This document shows, piece by piece, positions 18,930 through 27,959 of a stretch of 37,305 bases of DNA. The stretch's first letter is position 1. Every line of letters begins with the position of its first letter. The notes beneath the pieces are model-generated. The model was not told where the DNA came from. It worked only from the letters and a program-made list of their open reading frames with translations, and did no database searches. The position numbers and the translations under genes are program-made. Source of the stretch: an archaeon (lineage in GTDB: Archaea; EX4484-52; B79-G9); contig JBDRKP010000077.1 in NCBI GenBank assembly GCA_043813875.1, positions 1-37,305 on the forward strand, written 5' to 3'.

Positions 18930-19267
18930 GCAATAAAACAGCAATGCCTAACCATAAACTGATTGACGGATTCATGAAATATCTTGAAGAGACAGACGAC
19001 CCGAACTATAGTCAATCGCATAACTCTTGATCACAACCTTGATCCAAAAATCAAATGCGATTGATCTATATGGGAATTCAACATAGTAATCAAAAGTTGT
19101 TGAATTCACTATACATAAGGTCCATAGCCGAGCACGGAACATACGCCATAACCGAAGCATTCGATGCATGGAAAGAAGAGACACAGCAACAGGATCACGA
19201 ATCAATACCAAAAAGAGACATAATTTTAGAATTCTACAAAATGCACAAAAACATCGCCCCGCCATAA
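18926..19267 (+). pseudogene. Interrupted hypothetical gene (two in-frame TGA or compensating frameshifts)
   Basis: The ATG at 18926 overlaps the previous stop (ATGA) and is in frame with ORF 19055-19267, but TGA codons occur at 19028 and 19040. Confidence 0.4.
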
Positions 19268-19307
19268 CACAAAAGACCGAAGACCCTAAAAGCCAGCTAC
19301 AGCCATA

Positions 19308-19745
19308 TTATCTTCGCCACGGTGTTCCCTCGAACTTCTTCAGCCGGAACGTAAAAACAAGCACAACAGACGCAAAAAAAGCCACAAGATAATACCCGAG
19401 CCCCACGATAGAGCCGATCATCGCATTAGTCCATATGCTCGCCGCAGTCGTAATCCCGGATACCCTCCCGCCCGAATTCATGATCTGTCCCGCGCCAAGA
19501 AAACCGATACCCGTAATGATAGCCGCAATAGTCCTCGCCCCCGAATCAGGCACAGGAAAATGCACGATACTCACAGCGACAATCATCGCAGTCGACATGC
19601 AGACAATGATATGGGTCCTCATCCCTGCCGACTTGCCCATCCTCTGCCTCTCATAACCGATGACACATCCTACAAAAGCAGCAAAAAGCATCCGGAAGAC
19701 GATCACGAAATCCGTCGCACAGCACTCGATGATATAGTCAATCAT
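19308..19745 (-). CDS. mgtC: MgtC/SapB family membrane protein
   Basis: G..IGYERQ..GK.AG.RTH, ITGIGFLGAG.I and V.G.TTAASIW motifs. Start set at ATG 19745. Confidence 0.9.
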   Translation of the reverse strand: MIDYIIECCATDFVIVFRMLFAAFVGCVIGYERQRMGKSAGMRTHIIVCMSTAMIVAVSIVHFPVPDSGARTIAAIITGIGFLGAGQIMNSGGRVSGITTAASIWTNAMIGSIVGLGYYLVAFFASVVLVFTFRLKKFEGTPWRR

Positions 19746-19849
19746 AAGCGAAAGATTGCAGAAGATAGCATTATATACCTTTACATCAAAAAAAGCCAAC
19801 ATTTGGTAACGGCACAGGCTTATATTACTAAAAAAACAAAATATAACCC

Positions 19850-20620
19850 ATGGAAAACAGAAATATGCTCCAGGAATTTTCAATCGAGCTGGCGCTCACA
19901 GCCGGAAAGATCCTGAAAGACAACTTCAGGACACCCTTAAAGACAAGACACAAAGACCCGACCGACATAGTCACCCACATCGACGAGCTGGCAGAAAAAA
20001 GCATCATAGAACGCATCAAAAAAACATACCCCGGCCATGGCATCCTTGCCGAAGAGACAGGCCAGCATAACATGAAAAGCGACTACCAGTGGATAATCGA
20101 CCCGCTAGACGGCACCGCAAACTACGCCATGGAAATCCCCTGCTTCTGCACATCAATCGCCCTCGCGCACAAAAAAGAGATAATACTGGGCACTGTATAC
20201 AACCCGCTCAGCGAAGAGCTGTTCACAGCGACAAAAGACAGCGCACCCACCTTGAACGGCAGGCCAATATCCGTATCAGGCACCATGACCTTAAAAGACG
20301 CCCGCGTAACATTCGCCCGCTCAAAAAGAGAAGACATGGCAACAAAGACTGCACTAGCATCAAAACTCCTCCACGCGCACACATTCAGGCTCTACGGTGC
20401 AACAGCGCTCGACATGGCAAACATAGCGACAGGTCGAACAGACGCCCACGTAGCATTCTGCCAGATGCCCTGGGACTACGCAGCATCACAACTCATCCTA
20501 AAAAACGCAGGCGGCAATACGACCGACTTCAAAGGCAACCCACTTGAGATGAAACCAGCAGACATCCTCGCGACAAACACGAAACTCCACAAAGAACTGC
20601 TCGGCATAACAAAACAATAA
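19850..20620 (+). CDS. suhB: Inositol monophosphatase family protein (SuhB-like)
   Basis: DIVT..D..AE, AEE, WIIDPLDGT.NY and PWD.AA motifs. Confidence 0.92.
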   Translation: MENRNMLQEFSIELALTAGKILKDNFRTPLKTRHKDPTDIVTHIDELAEKSIIERIKKTYPGHGILAEETGQHNMKSDYQWIIDPLDGTANYAMEIPCFCTSIALAHKKEIILGTVYNPLSEELFTATKDSAPTLNGRPISVSGTMTLKDARVTFARSKREDMATKTALASKLLHAHTFRLYGATALDMANIATGRTDAHVAFCQMPWDYAASQLILKNAGGNTTDFKGNPLEMKPADILATNTKLHKELLGITKQ

Positions 20621-20701
20621 GCAAGGAAGACAATCAGATTTATATTGATAGAGCATAATAATGGATACGAAATACAAGGCATGATCTCAAGAGAATAATA
20701 G

Positions 20702-22096
20702 GTGATAAAAATCGAAGACACCCTGAAGAAAGCCATAGAATACTCTAAATCAGCATCTGATTACTGCGACATCCGCTTAAACTCATCCTTCTCAGAAACA
20801 GTCTCAAAGACCCCGAAAGAAGAATCAAGCTCAACCAGCACCTCCGGAGGCATTGGCATCCGCGTATTAAAAGACGGCGCCTACGGCTACACGTCCTGCC
20901 AGAAGACAGACCTCGCATCCATAAAAGAAGCCATAGACAAGGCATCAAAGATCGCAAAAATCCAGTCCGGGAAAACAAAAAACAAGATCACCTACATAGA
21001 ACAGAAATCCATCACAGACACAAAAAGCACCAGAATAAAAATAGACCCCGCTGACATCTCACTCGTTGAGAAATACAGCATCTTGAAAGACGCATTCACC
21101 TACGCAAACCTAAAAGAGATAGTCTTCACGCAGGGAAGGATAAGCTCAGGAAAGACAGACAAGATATTCTTAAACACAGAAGGCAGCATAATAAAGACCC
21201 GCATCGCAAGAACAATCATCGCCCACACATCCGTCGCAAAAAGAGGCGCCCGCCAGACAATGAACTACGACGTCTACGCAAAGCCGCAAGGCTTCGAGAC
21301 AATAAAGGAGCTGGACATCGAAAGATTCATAACCAACATTTCAAGAAAAGCAATCTCATTCCTGGATGCCGTAAAGCCCCCTGAAGGCAAGATGGACGTC
21401 ATAATGTCCCCGCAGGTCGCAGGTACATTAATCCACGAAGTATTCGGCCACGCAGCAGAAGCAGACTGGGTAGCCAACGGCCGCTCGCTCTTAAAAGACA
21501 AGCTCAACAAAAGGATAGGAAGCGAGATGATGTCAATATATGACGACGGCTCCATGCCAGGCGGCTGGGGCACCATATACTATGACGACGAAGGCACCCC
21601 CTCAAAAAACACACTCCTCCTCGACAAAGGCATCCTCGTCCAGTACATGCACTCAAAAGAGACAGCAGCACGTCTCAACATGCCCCTCACAGGCAACGGC
21701 CGCGCCCAGGACCACACCCACACAGTCATTCCGAGGATGACAAACACCTACCTCGCGCCAGGCAGCCACAACATCGACGAGATGATAAAAGACACAAAAA
21801 AAGGCATAATCGTCGACAAATACACAGTCGCCCTCGAAGACCCTGCAGGCGGAAGCTTTGAGCTCAAGACCTTAGGCGGCCACATAATCGAAAACGGCGA
21901 GCTCAAAAAGCCCATCGAGCGCGCCACCATCTCATCATCATCATTCATAGACACATTCATGAACGTCTGCGCAATATCGAAACGCATGAACAAGATGAAC
22001 GTAGGCTCCTGCGGCAAAGGGCACGAAGACTGGGTAGCAGTCGGCAACCCATCCCCCCATGTAAAGATCCGCGACCTGATAGTAGGTGGTAACTGA
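20702..22096 (+). CDS. tldD: TldD metalloprotease
   Basis: HEVFGH..EAD, DDEG, GNGRAQ…PRMTNT and C-terminal CGK motifs. Confidence 0.93.
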   Translation: MIKIEDTLKKAIEYSKSASDYCDIRLNSSFSETVSKTPKEESSSTSTSGGIGIRVLKDGAYGYTSCQKTDLASIKEAIDKASKIAKIQSGKTKNKITYIEQKSITDTKSTRIKIDPADISLVEKYSILKDAFTYANLKEIVFTQGRISSGKTDKIFLNTEGSIIKTRIARTIIAHTSVAKRGARQTMNYDVYAKPQGFETIKELDIERFITNISRKAISFLDAVKPPEGKMDVIMSPQVAGTLIHEVFGHAAEADWVANGRSLLKDKLNKRIGSEMMSIYDDGSMPGGWGTIYYDDEGTPSKNTLLLDKGILVQYMHSKETAARLNMPLTGNGRAQDHTHTVIPRMTNTYLAPGSHNIDEMIKDTKKGIIVDKYTVALEDPAGGSFELKTLGGHIIENGELKKPIERATISSSSFIDTFMNVCAISKRMNKMNVGSCGKGHEDWVAVGNPSPHVKIRDLIVGGN

Positions 22097-23436
22097 TGTT
22101 CGACACTATACTAAAAAAACACAACTGCGAAGTCTTCATCTCAGACATATCGACAACAGAATGCCCGCTCGACATCAACGCATCATACACCAAATCGGTC
22201 CGTGAATCCGGCTACACCATCCGCACACTAAAGAACAACAGACTAGGCAGTTCATCATCAAACATATTCGACACCGAATCCATCAAAAAGACACTGAAAA
22301 ACAGCCTCGACTCAGCAGGACACTCAAACAAGCTGCCAAAAGGCTTCTCCTTCACCGGCACAGAAGGCAGCACCAAAGTCAGAAAGTGCCATGACAAGAA
22401 CATCTCAAAAAACCCGGAAACCATCGCAAGCGACCTTAGAGAGATCTGCGCAAAAAGAGCTTTAGAAGCAAACGTAAATCTCACAAACGGCAAGATAAGG
22501 CTGACAGAATTCGAATACACGATCACAAACAGCCTTGGCATAGAAAAAAAAGAGAAAGGCACATACATCCTTGCGATGATAGACTCAAAAGCCGACACAA
22601 AAAAGCAGGTATCCGAACTGACATCCACATACATAAGGCGCATATACGATAAATCAGACTTCCTCGACTGGTTTGACAAAACACTCAAGACAACCGCGAG
22701 ATTCATAGAGCCATCCAAACTGAAAAGCGGCACATACGACATAATATTGAACCCCGGGGTCATAGGCCCCCTGTTAACCGACACGATCGGCTACTGGTCA
22801 TCCGCCAAATCAAGGATAGACGGCATATCGCTCTTTGAAGGAAAAGAAAACACAACCGTGGCAGCCGAAACATTCAGCGCAACCGACGACCCCGCGTACC
22901 CCGACGCCCCCTCGACATTCGGCATCGACATGGAAGCACAGAAGACAAAAAAGACAGACATAATAAAAGACGGCATCTTCAGCAACTACTTCTACGACAA
23001 CAGGTACTCATCCTACTTCAACACAAAATCGACCGGCAACTCAAAAAAAGCAGCATATACCGGCCCGGAATACATCTACAACAGTTCCGGCTTCTGCGGC
23101 CCAAACAACCTCGTGATAAAAGAAGGAAAAGAACACCTAAGCTCAATGCTGAAAGACTTTACCGGCGTATTCATAGAAGCGGTCGGCATACCCTCCGCAG
23201 ACCGTGAGACAGGCAACTTCGGCTTCGAATTGAGGAACGCATTCCTTGTAGAAAAAGGCGAGATGAGACCGGTAAGATACGGCATCTACTCCGGCCGTGT
23301 CCAGGACATCATAAAAAGCGTATCATGGCTCTCAAAAGAAAGAGAGATCAGCGCAGACAGGATGGCCCCCGAATTCAACAGCGCATGCATCTCACCTTAC
23401 TTCCTCCTGAAAGACCAGAAGATCTCCGGCGAATGA
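22096..23436 (+). CDS. pmbA: TldE/PmbA family protein (non-catalytic partner)
   Basis: Coupled to tldD. TldD/PmbA-type segments (NSLG, DDP, D.E, STGN) and no HExxxH. Confidence 0.85.
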   Translation: MFDTILKKHNCEVFISDISTTECPLDINASYTKSVRESGYTIRTLKNNRLGSSSSNIFDTESIKKTLKNSLDSAGHSNKLPKGFSFTGTEGSTKVRKCHDKNISKNPETIASDLREICAKRALEANVNLTNGKIRLTEFEYTITNSLGIEKKEKGTYILAMIDSKADTKKQVSELTSTYIRRIYDKSDFLDWFDKTLKTTARFIEPSKLKSGTYDIILNPGVIGPLLTDTIGYWSSAKSRIDGISLFEGKENTTVAAETFSATDDPAYPDAPSTFGIDMEAQKTKKTDIIKDGIFSNYFYDNRYSSYFNTKSTGNSKKAAYTGPEYIYNSSGFCGPNNLVIKEGKEHLSSMLKDFTGVFIEAVGIPSADRETGNFGFELRNAFLVEKGEMRPVRYGIYSGRVQDIIKSVSWLSKEREISADRMAPEFNSACISPYFLLKDQKISGE

Positions 23437-23549
23437 GAGAGCGCATAATAGTCAACGCATTGTTTTTGCGCTCAAATGCGCATATCCGCTGCTCAAAAGA
23501 AAAATAGCTTAGGCATACACAAGTGCGCTTTTTGCTCATATTTTGAGAG

Positions 23550-23591
23550 TTAAACGAACTTTTAGTTCGTTTAATCGTTGTTATATTCAAT
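23550..23591 (+). other. Recombination-site-like box D with an 11-bp hairpin (TTAAACGAACT-ttt-AGTTCGTTTAA-tcgttg-TTATATTCAAT)
   Basis: 11-6-11 geometry at 23564-23591. The left arm is also the 3' side of a perfect hairpin. Sits at the edge of an AT-rich island. Confidence 0.55.
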
Positions 23592-23636
23592 AAAATTTCA
23601 ATTTCCGACTACTGTTTCGGGGGAGTTCCATAGTCC

Positions 23637-24332
23637 TTATAGGACTTCCATTGTAATTTCTCCAGGACTATAAAAATACGAACTGATATTCTTCTTGAAT
23701 ATTTCATACCTATTATTTCGATAATATCCGGCATATACTTTAGCATTAAAATGGCAATATGTACAACCTATCGAGGTCTGGTTTTTGCTATCTCTCAACG
23801 ATGGGAAAAAAGATGGAATGCTCTTATTTTCACCTGCAAAGGGATAACAGTTACCCATCTTAAATTTGTTGACAACATCTTTATTTCCCATAGGAATTAT
23901 CCTTTCAGAATGTGCGGGTATTAGTGGCAAGTAATATTGTTCATAATGGCTCTTAGGCATATTACATGAATGGAAAGCCACATAAACTTCATTAAATGTA
24001 TAGTCCCCAATATTTGTAATAATCATCGGAAGGTATTCTCCAAATTCTGCTTTGTAGAGAAAAGGAGATATTTCTATTTCAACATCGGGTTTTAATTTTA
24101 AGTTATCAAGTACTTGATTGTACTGATAGGTGATATGCAATTGAATTAAAAAAATTACGATTGCAAATAAAAATGTCCATAACAGAAATCTTCTTTTGCA
24201 TCCAAAAAAATCTGCTAGAAAATAAGTTATTTTATTCCATAAACCATCGATGTGTTGATGACAAAATTTAGACCCATCTGAAGCATTATTATTACAATGT
24301 CTTCCTTCCTTTGTCTTGCCTTGACAATCCAT
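23637..24332 (-). CDS. Hypothetical membrane protein with N-terminal Cys/His (C-x9-C-x10-C-x2-H) putative zinc motif, accessory cargo
   Basis: MDCQGKTKEGRHC…FCHQH, one TM segment, then an ITNIGD beta-sandwich-like domain. AT-rich. Confidence 0.65.
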   Translation of the reverse strand: MDCQGKTKEGRHCNNNASDGSKFCHQHIDGLWNKITYFLADFFGCKRRFLLWTFLFAIVIFLIQLHITYQYNQVLDNLKLKPDVEIEISPFLYKAEFGEYLPMIITNIGDYTFNEVYVAFHSCNMPKSHYEQYYLPLIPAHSERIIPMGNKDVVNKFKMGNCYPFAGENKSIPSFFPSLRDSKNQTSIGCTYCHFNAKVYAGYYRNNRYEIFKKNISSYFYSPGEITMEVL

Positions 24333-24490
24333 ATATTAGATATCGATTTATTATTTTAAATATGTCTTGCAGAAAACATCAATTCAAGAATTCCTCTCCA
24401 AGTTTCTAGACATCAACATCTATTAGATAAACAATATAACGGTGTTATATGTCGATAAAAATATATAGTTTTATGTGTAATTTTTAAAAC

Positions 24491-25084
24491 ATGAAAATTA
24501 AACGTATAATTCTTTTTTCCATCATATTAATTGCTACTGTTTTTCTAAGCGGTTGCTCAGGTCCGACTTCAACTACAGGCCAATCAATATTTTCAACAAC
24601 AAAATGTGAAGATGTCAAAGTGTCATATGAAGAACAAGAAGAATACTTAAAAACAGAATACTATACGGAGACGGTGCCTTATACGGATACTGAGTGTGAG
24701 AATAAACCCTTAGTTTATAAAAAAGAAAAGGGATCTTGCCAACAACGACAATCAGGTCTATTAGGATTTGGAGATCAACCCGCTGAATATTCATGCACGA
24801 TTACAAATCTTGATAGTGAAGGTGGAACTTTTTCTATGAGAATTGGTTTTAATGTAGGCAGTCAACAACTTGATACAACAGAAAGCAGATACATATATCC
24901 GCAATCGTCAGAGACGTTTAGTTACAGATATGATACAAAAATGAATGGTTGTTTTTGTATCGAGAATGTACCGACAAAACAAGTATGTAGGGATGTCATA
25001 AAATACAAAGAAGTTCAAAAAGAAAGACAAGTAACGGCATATCGACCTGTAACAAAATATAAAACGGAACAAAAATGTAAATAA
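24491..25084 (+). CDS. Hypothetical lipoprotein with Cys-containing extracellular domain, accessory cargo
   Basis: Lipobox FLSGC, ITNLD..GG.F and YTETVPY segments. AT-rich. Confidence 0.7.
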   Translation: MKIKRIILFSIILIATVFLSGCSGPTSTTGQSIFSTTKCEDVKVSYEEQEEYLKTEYYTETVPYTDTECENKPLVYKKEKGSCQQRQSGLLGFGDQPAEYSCTITNLDSEGGTFSMRIGFNVGSQQLDTTESRYIYPQSSETFSYRYDTKMNGCFCIENVPTKQVCRDVIKYKEVQKERQVTAYRPVTKYKTEQKCK

Positions 25085-25199
25085 TTCATCAAGATAATTA
25101 ACGGAACTCCCCCTCAAATCTTTCGAATATTTACAGTCCCCCTCACAGCACTCGAAACAGAACACATTCATAACCCTTAAAAAACAGACCGAATCCAAC

Positions 25200-25664
25200 T
25201 CATTTCAAAGAAAATATCTGTTTCCTCACAGCTTCAACTTCTTTTTGTTCAAGCACAATATTCTTGCACTTGACAAGGAATGCCGACGTTTTCTTCATGA
25301 TAAGTTCATAATTTTTATCCGGCACTCTCCTGTTCACATAATATTGCGAATCTATCCTTGCAGAGAACGCTTTATCGATCAACTCAAAATCCTCAGATGA
25401 GAAATGGTTCTTCAGAAATCTCTTGGTAAATTCAATAGTACATGAGTGAATCTCGCATTTTACTCCTATTTTCATAAGCAAAGAATAGATGCTATGATAG
25501 ATCGTATAATACGCAGTAGTCAATTGCCAGTCTCTGCTCTTTGAAGTTCTTAATGTGTCCAAAGCTTCCTCTGCTTTGATGAGGTAAGCATCTCTAAGAT
25601 TATCGCTTGGTTCAACAAGCTCAATGCCTCTCTTTTGCTGCATGCACCATTTCATTTGATCCAT
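25200..25664 (-). CDS. HEPN-domain protein (MNT-HEPN module)
   Basis: YL.KA…L, W….AYY..Y…..LL.K.G…E.H.C and R…QYY. Coupled to the upstream MNT. No canonical RX4-6H is evident. Confidence 0.8.
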   Translation of the reverse strand: MDQMKWCMQQKRGIELVEPSDNLRDAYLIKAEEALDTLRTSKSRDWQLTTAYYTIYHSIYSLLMKIGVKCEIHSCTIEFTKRFLKNHFSSEDFELIDKAFSARIDSQYYVNRRVPDKNYELIMKKTSAFLVKCKNIVLEQKEVEAVRKQIFSLK

Positions 25665-26239
25665 TTCACAACCATCCTGACAAACGTTTCAGCATCATTT
25701 ATCAAAATATGATTTCCTGCAACCTCTTTTAGCAATATATCTTCATGCATCTCCCTTTCAAAAATCTTCATAGGATAGCTTTTAATATTTATATCAATTC
25801 CATACGTTTTACCGATTTCTTTAATCTTACCCTCATCAAACTTTCCAACAATAAATAAATCAAGATCAGAATCATCTTTTTGTATCCCTTTAGCATAACT
25901 GCCAAAGACCATGACTATTCCCATCATATATTGCTCTGCTTTTTCAAGCACTTCCTTGATTACATGGTTTCTCTCCAGGAACTGTATTTTTTTGTATTGC
26001 TCTGTTAAAAAAAAGAATTCTCTTGAAATAGTTGATTTTTTTATTGAATAAATCTTTATCTTGCCTTTGGTTTTTGATTCCAGAATACCCATCTTTTCAA
26101 GCTTAGCCAGGGTAACAAGGGCAGTTCTTGAGCTTACATCAAGGAGTTTTTCAGCTTCTCTGATATAGTAATCCTTATCATAGCCCTTTGTGAACAAGCT
26201 TAGAGTCTTCAAATCAACATCGTTTACTTTAGTAATCAT
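25652..26239 (-). CDS. wHTH-minimal nucleotidyltransferase (MNT antitoxin)
   Basis: N-terminal HTH (YIRE…L.VS.RT….L..LEK.GIL) and FGSYAKG…DSDLDL (GS-x10-DxD). Confidence 0.88.
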   Translation of the reverse strand: MITKVNDVDLKTLSLFTKGYDKDYYIREAEKLLDVSSRTALVTLAKLEKMGILESKTKGKIKIYSIKKSTISREFFFLTEQYKKIQFLERNHVIKEVLEKAEQYMMGIVMVFGSYAKGIQKDDSDLDLFIVGKFDEGKIKEIGKTYGIDINIKSYPMKIFEREMHEDILLKEVAGNHILINDAETFVRMVVKWIK

Positions 26240-26335
26240 ATGAGTATTAAAGTAAACGCAAATATTTAAATGTTTTGGTTTTTATCGCTGTGTTACCCGC
26301 AAAAAATATAAATAAACGCTCCTCAAAGACAACCG

Positions 26336-27043
26336 ATGATAACCACAATACTGCTCGATTCCGACGGAACCCTCTACGACGAGAAAAGTGCGAAGACAGT
26401 AGCAGAAAAAGATGTATCCACGTATATAGCTCAGGCCTCAGGTATATCTTTCGGAGAAGTGCACAACGCATATCTTTCCTCTAAAAAAACAGTACTGGCA
26501 TCATATCAGGACACGCCGGAACGGAACGACAGGGAATTATGGTATCGTGAACTGCTATCGCATCTTGATCTTCTTGATCTCAAAGACCTGTCACCAAAAG
26601 ATCTCTGCAGCATGTATTGGGACATCGTGCTCGAAAATATAAAACCCTACGAAGACGTCATAAAAATATTGCCGGAACTTTCTGAAAAATATGATCTCTG
26701 GGTTCTGACAGACGAATCGCAGGATATACAGATAAGAAAACTCACAAAACTCGGAATCCATGGATATTTAAAGGGAGTAATATCATCAGACCAAACAGGA
26801 CACCTGAAGCCACGCAAGAGTGTCTTTGAATACGCCCTTAATCAAACCGGATCCAAGAAAGAGAGCACGGCGATGATTGGTGACAATCCGAAAAGAGACA
26901 TCAGGGGCGCAAACAACACCGGATTGGTCTCAATATTCATTCGCAGAGGTAAATATTCAGATGATCATTTGGAAGGAGACAATCGCCCAAACTACATAAT
27001 AGACGACTACTCAGAACTGCTATCAGTCCTTTCAAAAATATGA
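26336..27043 (+). CDS. HAD-superfamily hydrolase (subfamily IA-like)
   Basis: DSDGTL, LT, KP and MIGD….DI.GA…G motifs. Confidence 0.9.
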   Translation: MITTILLDSDGTLYDEKSAKTVAEKDVSTYIAQASGISFGEVHNAYLSSKKTVLASYQDTPERNDRELWYRELLSHLDLLDLKDLSPKDLCSMYWDIVLENIKPYEDVIKILPELSEKYDLWVLTDESQDIQIRKLTKLGIHGYLKGVISSDQTGHLKPRKSVFEYALNQTGSKKESTAMIGDNPKRDIRGANNTGLVSIFIRRGKYSDDHLEGDNRPNYIIDDYSELLSVLSKI

Positions 27044-27050
27044 TATGATC

Positions 27051-27674
27051 TCATCCAGGAAGATCACACGCCGATAATCCAGCATTATGTGGCACATTTA
27101 TCGCAGTTCCCGGTTTGTACAATTTCAGCTGTTCCACAATTCCTTCCAATTCACCGTTAATCTTCAATGAGTAAGGAGTGACAGGATTCGAATGTAAGAC
27201 ATAATTGTTCGTATCAATTTCAAAAACCACCGGCGTCTCGCCCAGATATAAGTCGCCGCACAGATCATCATGGGTTTTGTCAAGCCATTCAGAAACGCAC
27301 GGGCACTCATTCTTGGCCCGCTCTGTGATTCTCCTCCATATCTCCTCCACATCATCACAATAGCAGTGGATGAGAAATATTTCATCTACTCCTGCCCCTT
27401 TTGCCATATCATATATGGCTTGCCTGTAATCTTTTTTGCCGAAAGTTCCATCAAGTATTATTGCATCATGACCTAAAATTGCATCCTCAGCCAACTTAGA
27501 AAACAACCGATAACGCTCATCTTTTGTTGCTTCTGTCGCTATTTCGCCAAGATCTTTAGTCTCATACCGCGGAATACCTAACCTAGGAGCAAGTTGTCTC
27601 GACACAGTACTTTTCAGGCTACAGATATAGCCCATGGTCAAGATAATTTTTTTGCCGGACTGATTCATATACAA
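27051..27674 (-). CDS. P-loop kinase-like protein (AAA_33 type) with atypical Walker A
   Basis: N-terminal GYICSLKST (Gly before Lys replaced), IILDGTF….R and a lid-like RR…R. Confidence 0.65.
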   Translation of the reverse strand: MYMNQSGKKIILTMGYICSLKSTVSRQLAPRLGIPRYETKDLGEIATEATKDERYRLFSKLAEDAILGHDAIILDGTFGKKDYRQAIYDMAKGAGVDEIFLIHCYCDDVEEIWRRITERAKNECPCVSEWLDKTHDDLCGDLYLGETPVVFEIDTNNYVLHSNPVTPYSLKINGELEGIVEQLKLYKPGTAINVPHNAGLSACDLPG

Positions 27675-27705
27675 AACTTTGACAAAAAATAATATAAATA
27701 TATTC

Positions 27706-27919
27706 GTAACTACTCAGCCCAAAAATAAGCAACAATCAACGTGTACAAATTTAAGGAGATCATATTATCAAAATCGCAAAATCATGAAAACAACATCAAC
27801 CGAACTCACCGTATTTTTTGAAATATCTCCTCATCGAATTGTTAATCAGATCAAAATAATATAAAAAACACATTGCATCGGACAATTTACAGCATTCAAC
27901 GGTATGGCTGAGTAGTTAC
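27706..27919. mobile_element. MITE-like element, 214 bp, perfect 14-bp terminal inverted repeats
   Basis: GTAACTACTCAGCC (27706-27719) and GGCTGAGTAGTTAC (27906-27919). AT-rich non-coding interior. No clear target-site duplication. Confidence 0.7.
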
Positions 27920-27959
27920 CTAAAAACAAGCCATTCTGCAAAAAACAATCACATACTGT

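Noticed and set aside
18926..19267. TGA recoding or selenocysteine
   Set aside because: TGA is a normal stop for many clear genes here (hypD, hypA, tldD, mbh genes), and the context is not a redox motif.
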